Assembly: GCA_038328755.1 (NCBI GenBank)
Contig: JBBQMH010000006.1
Span: forward strand, 1-59,103
From: Candidatus Limnocylindrales bacterium
GTDB taxonomy: Bacteria > Chloroflexota > Limnocylindria > Limnocylindrales > CSP1-4
Direction of reading: 5' to 3'
DNA: 59,103 bases
In this document: one piece after another, positions 49,734 to 58,433 of the stretch
Numbering within the stretch: position 1 is the stretch's first letter
Layout: each line of letters starts with the position of its first letter
Position numbers and translations under genes: made by a program
Notes under the pieces: generated by a model
The model's input: the letters and a program-made list of their open reading frames with translations, nothing else
What the model was told of the DNA's origin: nothing
Database searches by the model: none

Positions 49734-51005
49734 TTAGAGCACGTACAGGCGCCGGGCCTCGATGCGCAACTCCTCACGGAAGGCGGGGTCGGCAATCGAG
49801 ATCAGGGCCTCGGCCCGCTCGCGGAGCGAACGACCCCACAGCTCGGCGACGCCCCATTCCGTCACGATCGTTCGCGCGTGGGCCCGCGTCGTGACAACGC
49901 CGGCACCTTCCTTCAGGGTCGCCACGATCCGGGACATCGATCCGTCGCTGGCGGTCGATGGGAGGGCGATGATCGCCCGCCCCTGTTCGGCCAGGGTTGC
50001 CCCCCTGACGAAGTCCATCTGGCCACCGACGCCGGAGTACATCCGGTGACCGATGCTATCGGCCACAACCTGGCCCGTGAGATCGACCTCGATCGCCGAG
50101 TTGATGGCGGTCATCCGGCTGAACGTTCGAATGATGGACGTGTCGTTGGTGAAGTCGACCGGCCGCATCTCGACCATCGGATTGTCATTCACGAAGTCGT
50201 AGACCCGCTTCGAGCCCATGAGGAACGCCGCGACGATCTTGCCCCGATTTCGTTCCTTGCGGCTGCCGGTGATCACACCACGCTCAACGAGATCGACGAC
50301 GACATCGGTGAACATCTCCGTGTGAACGCCCAGATCCCGCTTGTCAGCGAGAGCGGCGCCGACGGCTGACGGGATGGCGCCGATCCCCATCTGGATCGTC
50401 GCGCCGTCGGGGACGAGGTCCGCCACGAACTGGCCGATCCGCCGCTCGATCTCCCCGAGCTGGCCGCTCTTGTGCTCGTATGGCGGCACGTCGCATTCGA
50501 CAGCCAGGTCGATCTGGTCAACGTGGATGAAGCTGTCACCCAGCGTTCTTGGCATCGCCGAGTTGAACTGGACGATGACCTTCTTCGCGGCCCGGATCGC
50601 CGCATGCATCGCCTCGATGCTGGTACCGAGCGAGCAGAACCCGTTCCGGTCGGGCGGCGTCGCGTTGACGAAGACCGCGTCGAGCGGCATCAACCCCGTA
50701 TCGAACAGCCGCGGCACGTCCGACAGGAACGTCGGCACGTACTCGGCCCGGCCCTCGTTCACCGCGGCCCGGGCGTTGGGACCGATGAACAGGGCGATGT
50801 GGCGGAAATGGGGAGCCATCTCCGGCGCGAGGTGCGGCCCTGGCCCCTCGCAATGCAGGTGCACGACCCGGACGTCGCTCAGTTCGGGGGCGCGAGCCAC
50901 GAGCGCATCGAGAAGGACCGACGGTGTCGCGGCGGCGCACTGGAGATAGATCTGATCGCCGGACCGGATCCCGGACACGGCCTCATTGGCTGTAACAATC
51001 TTCAT
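49734..51005 (-). CDS. Acetyl-CoA hydrolase/transferase family (4-hydroxybutyrate CoA-transferase-like)
   Basis: IQMGIGAIP, GVHTEM, AINSAIEVDLTGQV, SGVGGQMDF, VTEWGVA. Confidence 0.93.
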   Translation of the reverse strand: MKIVTANEAVSGIRSGDQIYLQCAAATPSVLLDALVARAPELSDVRVVHLHCEGPGPHLAPEMAPHFRHIALFIGPNARAAVNEGRAEYVPTFLSDVPRLFDTGLMPLDAVFVNATPPDRNGFCSLGTSIEAMHAAIRAAKKVIVQFNSAMPRTLGDSFIHVDQIDLAVECDVPPYEHKSGQLGEIERRIGQFVADLVPDGATIQMGIGAIPSAVGAALADKRDLGVHTEMFTDVVVDLVERGVITGSRKERNRGKIVAAFLMGSKRVYDFVNDNPMVEMRPVDFTNDTSIIRTFSRMTAINSAIEVDLTGQVVADSIGHRMYSGVGGQMDFVRGATLAEQGRAIIALPSTASDGSMSRIVATLKEGAGVVTTRAHARTIVTEWGVAELWGRSLRERAEALISIADPAFREELRIEARRLYVL

Positions 51006-51040
51006 GGCCAGAGCATACGGCCCCGTCCGCGCAGGTCGGG

Positions 51041-51076
51041 AGTCCGGAGGTCCCCTCGTGACGGGCCGAAGGTCGG
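51041..51076. promoter_or_regulatory. Two DosR-box-like sites
   Basis: 51041-51054 (reverse complement GGGACCTCCGGACT) and 51063-51076 (reverse complement CCGACCTTCGGCCC). Confidence 0.6.
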
Positions 51077-51127
51077 CGCGTTGGCGTGCCGCCAGTCGGT
51101 GGGTCGGCGATGGCGTGCCGTGATCCT

Positions 51128-51581
51128 ATGATTGCCACGACCGACCAGCGGATCAGGGAGGCCGAATTGAACGAGCGCGAGGCCCTGGTAGCTCGCTACT
51201 GGCAGGAGTTCTGGTCCGATGGCCGGATGGATTTCGCCGTCGAGTACTACGCACCCACGTATCACCGAGAACCTGGAGTCACTGACGCCGGAGGCTTTCG
51301 TTGTCCGTGCCTCGCGCTGGCGAGCGCATTTCGAGGACTTCACGGTCCGACTCGACGAAGTGTTCTCGGTGGGAGATCGCGTGGTCAGCCGTGTCACGTA
51401 TCGCGGGCGGCACACAGGCGCCTTCACGTATCTTCCTGCCCGCAGCCTGACGTTCGAACAGAGCGGGATCGACATCTTCGAATTCCATGCCTCACGCGTC
51501 GTTCGGCACTGGCACGAGACGGATCACCTCGAGCGCTTCGATCAGATCGGCGCGAAGCTGGTCGACGCCGGGGTTACCTGA
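51128..51581 (+). pseudogene. SnoaL-like ester cyclase interrupted by a +1 frameshift
   Basis: N-terminus (ALVARYWQEFWSDGR) in one frame, remainder (GDRVVSRVTYRGRHTG...SGIDIF) in the next; junction near 51261-51267. Confidence 0.8.
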
Positions 51582-51602
51582 ACGGCCATCGAGGACAGGC
51601 TC

Positions 51603-51976
51603 GTGCGCCCGGGGCACCACTCGGCGATAGGCGCGCTCCGGCCCGGGCGTCCTGAGCTCCGGGCTTCGTGCTCTGGACCCGAGTGCGCGCTCCAGAGCAC
51701 AACTCGGCGACGGGACGGCCTTCGGACTGGGAAACATCTGACTCCCGGCGCCGCTCCGTGGCCGGACGTGCTGCCCAGCGCACCACTTGACTACGAAACC
51801 CCGCTCAAGACAAGGCCGCGGCGGCCAGACCAGTACGATGGAGGTCGCCCGCGGTCGAGTGGTGCTCCCACCGGCACATTCAGCCGCCGTGGAGGCCTCG
51901 GCCGCGCCATATCCGGCGTCTTGAGCGCGTGCTGAAGGAATCGGTGCCCGAGTGGTGCTCCCACGGAACATTCGGC
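51603..51976. repeat. REP-like cluster of five short hairpin-type repeats
   Basis: Core GCAC(C/A)ACT(C/T)G at 51614, 51697, 51780 and inverted CGAGTGGTGC at 51856, 51949. Confidence 0.65.
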
Positions 51977-52063
51977 GTGCCGCGCGGGCGTGGGCGCGCG
52001 TTGCCGCGCGGGACGAGCGCGTGCCGCGCGGGCGTGGGCGCGCGGTGCCGCGCGGAACGCGCC
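51976..52063. repeat. 44-bp GC-rich tandem duplication
   Basis: CGTGCCGCGCGGGCGTGGGCGCGCG... begins at 51976 and 52020. Confidence 0.8.
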
Positions 52064-52075
52064 CGCGATGGATTC

Positions 52076-52747
52076 CTAGGCGCCGTGATCCATGCGGTGC
52101 TTGGCGACGAAGGCCGCAGCCTGGGCGCGGCGCTCCAGGTTCAGTTTCGACAGGATCGAACTGACGTAGTTCTTCACCGTCTTGTCCGACAGGAATACGT
52201 CGGACGCAATCTCCTTGTTCGTCTTGCCCTCGGCGACCAGCAGCAGGATCTTCCGTTCCTGCGACGTGAGTTGGGCAAGTTCGTCCGTGTAGGTGCCCGT
52301 CGCGATTCGCCGGATCCGCTCAAGGACCTTCTCGGTCACGGCCGGATCCAGGAGCGATTCTCCCCGGCCAACGGCTTCCAGCGCGGCGACGAGATCCCGG
52401 GCCCTGATCTGCTTGAGGAGGTAGCCGGACGCACCGGCCACGATTGCCGACAGGACGGCCTCCTCATCGGGGAACGAGGTCAGCATCACGACGCGGGTCG
52501 CCGGCAGTTCGGCCCGGATCTCCCGGCAAGCCTCGATCCCCGACCCATCCGGCAGGCGGACATCCATGATCACGAGATCGGGTTCATGCCTGATCGCCTG
52601 TTCGATCGCCTCGGCTACCGTCCCTGCCTCGGCGACGACCTGGAAGCTCTCGCGACGGTCAAGGAGCGCGACGAGACCCTGGCGGACGACCTCATGGTCG
52701 TCGACGACGAGCAGACGGAGAGGGCGGACTGACTTGGCATCCGTCAC
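52076..52747 (-). CDS. DosR/DevR-like NarL-family response regulator
   Basis: VDDHEVVRQG, MDVRLPDGSGIEACR, MLTSF, GASGYLLKQI, KTVKNYVSSILSKL closely resemble DevR. Confidence 0.9.
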   Translation of the reverse strand: MTDAKSVRPLRLLVVDDHEVVRQGLVALLDRRESFQVVAEAGTVAEAIEQAIRHEPDLVIMDVRLPDGSGIEACREIRAELPATRVVMLTSFPDEEAVLSAIVAGASGYLLKQIRARDLVAALEAVGRGESLLDPAVTEKVLERIRRIATGTYTDELAQLTSQERKILLLVAEGKTNKEIASDVFLSDKTVKNYVSSILSKLNLERRAQAAAFVAKHRMDHGA

Positions 52748-53952
52748 GAGGAGCCTACCTCCAGGTTCGATAGGGGTAACCGGACGATGATACGGGTACC
52801 GGCGCCCGCATGGCTTTCGATCTCGAGCGAGCCTGATACGGCGGCCGCTCGATCACGCAGGTTGGCCAGCCCGAGGTGCCCGGCCCGGGGAGCGACCGAT
52901 GGATCAAAGCCGATCCCGTCATCCTCGATCGTCAGGATCGCCTCGCCATCGCTCGCGTGCATCGAGACGCGGGCCGCCGAAGCGCCACTGTGGCGGATGG
53001 CGTTGCTCAGCGCCTCGCGGGTTATCTGGAGCAACTGGCTCGATACCTCGGGTGACAGCCTTGCGTCGACATCGGCCAGGTCACCCAGGTCGTGTTCCAC
53101 GGACATACGACCCCCGGAGCTGAGGAGCAACTCGTCCGCCAGCCCGGCGAGCCTCGATCCGAGGGCCGCCTCGGACGAGTCGGTCGCGAGGTCCATGATG
53201 AACGACCTGATTTCGCCGATCGAAGAGGTCAGCCGATCGATCGCATGGTCCACCCGGTCGGCCGCCTCGGCCGGAGCGTCGGCCATGATTTCGGGGACGT
53301 CCTCGAGGGACAGCGCCACCGCATAGAGGCCCTGGATGATCCCGTCGTGGAGGTCACGGCCGATCCGGAGTCTCTCGTCCAGGACCGCGAGCCGCTGGAC
53401 CCGGCTGTGCAGGCGCGCGTTCTGGATCGCGATCCCGGCATGGAGCGCAAACAGTTCCACGAGTCGCTGGTCCTGCTCACTGAACTCCTCGGCATTGGCC
53501 CTGTCCGTCAGGTAGAAGTTGCCGATGATTGCCCCTCCGGACCTGATCGGAACGCCGAGGAGGGTTTGCATCGCGGGGTGACCCGGCGGGAACCCGGAGC
53601 TCGCCGGGTGGGCGGCGATATCCGGGATGCGATAGGCGCGGCCTTCGCTGATGATCAGCCCGAGCAGGCCGTGGCCACTCGGCGGAGGGCCCATGGTGGC
53701 GCGCTCGTCAAGCGTGATACCACTCGTGATGAACCGCTCGATGCGCCCCCGTCCATCCATGATTCCCAGGGCCGCGTAGCGCGCGTGAACCAGGGTCCGC
53801 ACGCTATCCACCATCGATTGAAGCACGCGGTCGAGGTCCAGCTCGCCCGAAATGGCGCGGGTCGCCCGGTCAAGGGCATCGATCGCATCGACGTGGGAGA
53901 AATCCCCAGCCGGAAACTCCGCGAAGGGCCGCGAAGGCGAAACGTCGGTCAT
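52744..53952 (-). CDS. DosS/DevS-like GAF sensor histidine kinase (HisKA_3)
   Basis: GAF with GFPPGHPAMQTLLGVP, RIGRDLHDGIIQ, EALSNAIRHS, DDGIGF, GLANL. Confidence 0.9.
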   Translation of the reverse strand: MTDVSPSRPFAEFPAGDFSHVDAIDALDRATRAISGELDLDRVLQSMVDSVRTLVHARYAALGIMDGRGRIERFITSGITLDERATMGPPPSGHGLLGLIISEGRAYRIPDIAAHPASSGFPPGHPAMQTLLGVPIRSGGAIIGNFYLTDRANAEEFSEQDQRLVELFALHAGIAIQNARLHSRVQRLAVLDERLRIGRDLHDGIIQGLYAVALSLEDVPEIMADAPAEAADRVDHAIDRLTSSIGEIRSFIMDLATDSSEAALGSRLAGLADELLLSSGGRMSVEHDLGDLADVDARLSPEVSSQLLQITREALSNAIRHSGASAARVSMHASDGEAILTIEDDGIGFDPSVAPRAGHLGLANLRDRAAAVSGSLEIESHAGAGTRIIVRLPLSNLEVGSS

Positions 53953-54004
53953 CAGCGGAGGGTAGCAGTCAGGGCGTTGGTGGCATGGCCGGCCCCGTGA
54001 CGCG

Positions 54005-54040
54005 ACGACGACCGGCCCACGTTTAGGGGCCAGGTGTCAC
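54005..54040. promoter_or_regulatory. Two DosR-box-like sites in the kinase/USP divergent promoter
   Basis: 54005-54018 ACGACGACCGGCCC and 54027-54040 (reverse complement GTGACACCTGGCCC). Confidence 0.5.
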
Positions 54041-54075
54041 TTTCCATCCCTGCGATGTGATCCCACCATTCGTCC

Positions 54076-54579
54076 ATGCGCACAGAAGTCGTCCCAGGGC
54101 CTGCCGATTCCCCGCGCGGCATCCGACGGATCCTCCTGGCGACCGATCTCTCGCCCTCATCCGAAGAGGCCGGCCTCCAGGCGCTTGACCTGGCCCGCGA
54201 CCTCGGCGCGGAGCTGCTGGTCGTCAGCGTGATCGATCCGGGCACCCTGCGGATGCCCGGGGGTCGCTTCGGCACGAGGGTCGACCAGGTGCGGGTGACC
54301 CGCGAAGCCGCCGCGCAGGGACTCGTCTCACGCGGTCGCGCGGCTGGTGTGCACGTCAACTTCCTGATCTGGGAAGGAGACCCCGGCGAGTCGATCGTCG
54401 AGGCGGCGGAGAGCGAACAGGTCGATCTCGTTGTTGTGGGCAGCCACGGTCGTGGGTCGGTTGGGCGCTTCTTCCTGGGAAGCGTGTCCGACCACGTTGT
54501 CCATAACGCGCACTGCCCGGTCGTCGTCGTGCGCGCCCGCGCCTCAGAGGAGCGCGCGCTGCAGCGCGAGAACGCCTAG
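54076..54579 (+). CDS. Universal stress protein
   Basis: ILLATDLS, DLVVVGSHGRG...FLGSVSDHVV...CPVVVVR. Confidence 0.93.
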   Translation: MRTEVVPGPADSPRGIRRILLATDLSPSSEEAGLQALDLARDLGAELLVVSVIDPGTLRMPGGRFGTRVDQVRVTREAAAQGLVSRGRAAGVHVNFLIWEGDPGESIVEAAESEQVDLVVVGSHGRGSVGRFFLGSVSDHVVHNAHCPVVVVRARASEERALQRENA

Positions 54580-54591
54580 ATCCCAGGCTCC

Positions 54592-55452
54592 TCATGCGGT
54601 GTAGGCCCCGCCCGGGTCGAGTTCAAGACGAATCAGGTCGAGTTCAGCTTCGGTTGGAGCTGCCGTGATGGCGAGATCGTCGGCGATGCGCGGCTTCCAG
54701 CCGATCGTCGCGTGGATGTCATCAAGCGTTGCGCCCGGATGAAGCGAGTCGAGCCGCATCTCCCCGTCGTCGTCGAAATGCCAGATCCCCATGTCAGTCA
54801 CCACCACCGATGGTCCGCGCCCCAGCCAGCCCTGTTCGCGCCGGATCCGTTCCGCCTTCTCGGCCCCGCCGAGGTTCCCGGGCGATGTCCGGAAGTCGAT
54901 CTGCTCGACGAAAGAGCGGGCGCTCTGGCGCATGATCACGAAGATCTCGCGCGCGTTGATCGCGATCTCGCACGCCCCGCCGCTCCCCGGCAGACGCGTT
55001 TTCGGCCGATCGTATGGCCCGATGACGGTGGTATTGATGTTGCCGAACCGATCGATCTGCGCGGCACCCAGGAATCCGACGTCAACCAGGCCGCCCTGCA
55101 GGTAGAAGCTGAAGAGTTCGAACATCGAGACGACGGCGGTAGCTCCGGTCACGATCGTTGGATCGCCGATCGAAAGTGGTAGTCGGGCCGGTCGGGCTCC
55201 GAAGACGCCGGCCTCGTAGATCAGCTCGAGATCCGGGGCGACGGTCCGCTTGGCGAGGTTGACGGCGATGTTCGGCAGGCCGACGCCGACGAAGCAGACG
55301 CGCTGCCCAGCCAGCTCGCGGGCCGCGGCGACGATCATCATCTCGGACTTCGAGAAGGGCGCAGCGGGCGTGGGCGCAGCGCCGGGCGTGGGCGCAGCGC
55401 CGGGCGTGGGCGTGCTGCCCGGGCCTGCGGAGCCGGCGTCGTGGGCGCTCAT
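54592..55452 (-). CDS. CoA-transferase beta subunit (glutaconate CoA-transferase GctB-like)
   Basis: FVGVGLP, LIYEAG, GAAQIDRFGNINT, RLPGSGG; ATG 55452. Confidence 0.88.
   Translation of the reverse strand: MSAHDAGSAGPGSTPTPGAAPTPGAAPTPAAPFSKSEMMIVAAARELAGQRVCFVGVGLPNIAVNLAKRTVAPDLELIYEAGVFGARPARLPLSIGDPTIVTGATAVVSMFELFSFYLQGGLVDVGFLGAAQIDRFGNINTTVIGPYDRPKTRLPGSGGACEIAINAREIFVIMRQSARSFVEQIDFRTSPGNLGGAEKAERIRREQGWLGRGPSVVVTDMGIWHFDDDGEMRLDSLHPGATLDDIHATIGWKPRIADDLAITAAPTEAELDLIRLELDPGGAYTA
55361..55412 (-). repeat. Short 18-bp tandem repeat encoding a TPGAAP linker
   Basis: GCAGCGCCGGGCGTGGGC units, about three copies. Confidence 0.75.
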
Positions 55453-56369
55453 CGGTAATCCCCGTAGTCGACGGATCCGGACGGCGCGGAACCGGGCTTC
55501 AGGGCCGCAAGGCGCTCCGGTCCCAGTTTCTCGAGGTAGCCGGCCCGCCCTTCCAGCTCGAATACCCAGTCGCGCAGCCACGCCTGCAGAGCTTCTTCGT
55601 CTCGAGTGATGGCGTCCCAGTCCAGGTAGAACTGGTTGTCGCGGTCATATGCCCCCTGGACATATGAAGGGTGGGCCCCGAATGGCTCGACGACGACGGC
55701 GTCCACGATCAGGCCGGGGATGATCGTCCGATTTGGATCGGCCCGGATCACCGCTTCGTCGACCAGCTCCTCGACGACCACGATGACCCGCTCGGCGGCG
55801 AATGCCGCCTCCTTCTGGCAGCCGAGAAGCCCCCAGACCTGGGTATTGCCGGCGGCGTCGGCCCGTTGCGCGTGGACGATCGTCACGCCGGGCTTGAGCG
55901 GCGGCACGGCGAACACCTTGCCGTCACCGTAGGGCGATTCGACCTCGCGGATCAGTGGATTCGCGGACGGCATGTCCGACTCGAAGTAGGAGCGCAGCGG
56001 ATAGAACGGCAGATTGGCAGCACCCGCCGTATAGCGACCCACCATCCCGAAGTGGGAGTACTCCTCGATCTCGAGCGGTGCGGGCTGACGGGTCTCGATC
56101 CGCCGGCGAATGGCCCCGAGCCCACCGACCCCGGGGTTCCCGAGCCAGCTGAAGATGAGCTTGCGGGCAACGCCGGCGGCAATCATCTGGTCATAGATGA
56201 GATCCGGGGTCAGCCTCGCGAGCGTCAGGTCGCGACGGCCCTGGCGAATGATCTCGTGACCGGCCGCGAACGAGATGAGATGGGTGAAGCCCTCGATGGC
56301 CACGGTATCGCCATCGCGAACGAACTCGGCGATTGCGTCGTGCATGGACGCCACCTTGGAAGTCGACAT
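55449..56369 (-). CDS. CoA-transferase alpha subunit (GctA-like)
   Basis: EGFTHLI, IEEYSH, HAQRADAAGN, PFGAHPS; ATG 56369. Confidence 0.88.
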   Translation of the reverse strand: MSTSKVASMHDAIAEFVRDGDTVAIEGFTHLISFAAGHEIIRQGRRDLTLARLTPDLIYDQMIAAGVARKLIFSWLGNPGVGGLGAIRRRIETRQPAPLEIEEYSHFGMVGRYTAGAANLPFYPLRSYFESDMPSANPLIREVESPYGDGKVFAVPPLKPGVTIVHAQRADAAGNTQVWGLLGCQKEAAFAAERVIVVVEELVDEAVIRADPNRTIIPGLIVDAVVVEPFGAHPSYVQGAYDRDNQFYLDWDAITRDEEALQAWLRDWVFELEGRAGYLEKLGPERLAALKPGSAPSGSVDYGDYR

Positions 56370-56446
56370 GGGCCAAGTATCGGCGATGCGGGTCGGACCC
56401 GGGGGCTGCGGGCACGGGCCTCTCATCCTTGCATCGCCGCCGTACG

Positions 56447-56775
56447 ATGACCTGCGGAGGGTTCCGGTCGCTGGACTCGCCGCGGGTACTCGTGGCCAGC
56501 GATCACGCCGCGTTCATCGGCGTGATCACGAACCTGGTTCTCGGGCTGATCCTGACGATCACGGCAGATCGCGGGGAGGACACCGGGATGCTCGGTCAGA
56601 TCGGGTTCTGGGTCATGGACCTCGGCTCGTCGTCTTCCTCGTCGGGTTGATGACCGACAGCACCTCGATCATCGCCTACGGGGCTCCGGCCATGGGGGTC
56701 GGCATCCTGCTGGTCCTGTGGGTCGCCGCCATGCGCCTACGCGACTCGGACTTCTCGGTCGCAGCAGTGTCCTAG
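56447..56775 (+). pseudogene. Frameshifted or truncated membrane-protein gene remnant
   Basis: Hydrophobic segments continue across a frame change near 56625 (..FWVMDLG | LVVFLVGLMTD..); no convincing start. Confidence 0.55.
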
Positions 56776-56801
56776 CGAGCGCGCTCCCTCGCGCACGAAT
56801 C

Positions 56802-56837
56802 AGCAGAGCCGCCGGGAAGGGATCCGGCGGCTCTGCT
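56802..56837. terminator. Strong hairpin between convergent genes
   Basis: Perfect 14-bp stem AGCAGAGCCGCCGG / CCGGCGGCTCTGCT followed by TCTT. Confidence 0.7.
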
Positions 56838-56865
56838 TCTTGGTGGCCGGCGATCCGGCCCGTTG

Positions 56866-57231
56866 TTATGCGGCTTTCGGGAACAGATCGACGATGAACT
56901 CGAAGATCGGCGGGAACGTCAGCGCGAACCCGGCAAAGACCAGGATCAGCGCCGCCGCGAACCAGCGGCTGAAGTTGACTTCCTTGCCCCGCGTGTAGAG
57001 GTGGAGTGCCACCCACGACACGAAGTAGGCGATCGTCCCCAGGGCGACCTTCCCGGACAGCGGTCCGACGCCCGAGCCGAGGCCATAGTTGGCGTCGAAC
57101 TTCAGGAATGAGTTGATGTCCGGCGAGATCTCGTTGAGCACCACGAAAAGGCCCACAACGAGAGACCCGATCCCCGCGGCGACGAACGCCGCAGCCACCG
57201 GACCATTTGGCTTGGTCTGCATGTCCTGCAT
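56866..57231 (-). CDS. Hypothetical membrane protein (about 3 TM)
   Basis: RBS GAGGAG before ATG 57231; PNGPVAAA, VGPLSGK, TFPP motifs. Confidence 0.8.
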   Translation of the reverse strand: MQDMQTKPNGPVAAAFVAAGIGSLVVGLFVVLNEISPDINSFLKFDANYGLGSGVGPLSGKVALGTIAYFVSWVALHLYTRGKEVNFSRWFAAALILVFAGFALTFPPIFEFIVDLFPKAA

Positions 57232-57242
57232 GGTTCGACTCC

Positions 57243-57794
57243 TCAAGAGACCGGAGCGGCCTTCGTGATGAAGGCTCCGAACATGCCTGCCGCGCCAGCA
57301 GCGAGGAAGGCAAGGGTGAAGAAGATGACCAGAGCTCGGCGGATTTCACCGCGATGCGCGAGCTGGGCACCGTAGTAAAGGACCGCGAAGGCAACGGCCG
57401 TGGCCAGGTACGGGGCCAGCCATGCAACGTGCTCCTTCCACTCCATGCCGAACTTGTGCCATTCGGCCGTCTTCTCGGACGCCAGCAGCCAGGACCGCGG
57501 GAACGCGGCAAGCGCGTCGCTCTGGACAGTAGCGTCCAGGCCCTCGGTGGGCTTGGCCCGATACCACGGGTAGACGATGAACGTGCCCGTGATGACCGTC
57601 AGCCAGGCGACGATCGCCATGACCCACGTCCCGATGAGCAGGCGCGGGGTGCGCTCGGCAATCCCCTCTTCGGTCAGATAGAGAGCCTTGAGGCTGTACA
57701 GCCCCGCGAACCCGCCAGCAAACGTGATGAGGAATAGCGTTCCAAGCCCGAGCCCGTGTGCGACGGCCCAGAACTCTCGTTCCGTGAACTCCAT
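57243..57794 (-). CDS. Hypothetical membrane protein (about 4 TM) with His-rich motifs
   Basis: RBS GGAGGAG before ATG 57794; AHG, YPWYRA, WHKFGMEWKEH. Confidence 0.8.
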   Translation of the reverse strand: MEFTEREFWAVAHGLGLGTLFLITFAGGFAGLYSLKALYLTEEGIAERTPRLLIGTWVMAIVAWLTVITGTFIVYPWYRAKPTEGLDATVQSDALAAFPRSWLLASEKTAEWHKFGMEWKEHVAWLAPYLATAVAFAVLYYGAQLAHRGEIRRALVIFFTLAFLAAGAAGMFGAFITKAAPVS

Positions 57795-57914
57795 GAGCTC
57801 CTCCCTCGATTCGGTCAAGTTGCCCGGCGGCGCCGGGGCCCAACCGTCTTACCTATGGCACGGACATTGGAGCATCTCGAAAGAGAACTGACCGGGCATC
57901 CTGCCCTGTAGCGC

Positions 57915-57928
57915 GGGCCATTGGTCAC
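57915..57928. promoter_or_regulatory. DosR-box-like site
   Basis: GGGCCATTGGTCAC (reverse complement GTGACCAATGGCCC) upstream of the membrane-protein pair. Confidence 0.5.
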
Positions 57929-58041
57929 ACGCAGTTCGTGCCGATGTGGCCCGGTCGAGAGCCAAATTGCACGGCGCGATGGACGATGCAGGCCGCAAGA
58001 TCTGTTGTCAGTTGGTATTGCACCCGGACTTGAGGTGGGAA

Positions 58042-58392
58042 ATGGGCCGGAGAACAGCAGCGTTCCTGGCAGCCGCGTTCGGCGGCACCTATGAGATCTT
58101 CGGAGCCATCGTCGGGCAGGGCATGCTGGGCCACGGCATGCTCTTCGGTCTGGGCGGGGAAGAGACGAAATCGGCCGCCGTCGTGATCAGCTTCGCCCTG
58201 GCGACGGTGACCATCGTCAGCGCCGTGGCGATCATGCTCGTTCGCGAGACACGCTGGCTGAGCGCCACGATCATTGGTGCGGGGGTCGTCGGCACGCTGG
58301 TCGCCGGTCAGACCTTCGGGTACGGGGCCGCGCTCGCACTGCTTGGCGCCCTCGTTGCGACACGGATCGACCGCACCGCGTCGCTGACCTGA
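58042..58392 (+). CDS. Hypothetical membrane protein
   Basis: RBS GAGGTG before ATG 58042; four hydrophobic segments. Confidence 0.7.
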   Translation: MGRRTAAFLAAAFGGTYEIFGAIVGQGMLGHGMLFGLGGEETKSAAVVISFALATVTIVSAVAIMLVRETRWLSATIIGAGVVGTLVAGQTFGYGAALALLGALVATRIDRTASLT

Positions 58393-58433
58393 CGGACCTC
58401 ACTGGCCGAGATCATGCACGAGGGCGCGACCGG

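Noticed and set aside
55361-55412. TPGAAP repeat as a second peptide cassette
   Set aside because: Only about three near-identical DNA copies in a disordered N-terminal tail; consistent with simple slippage.
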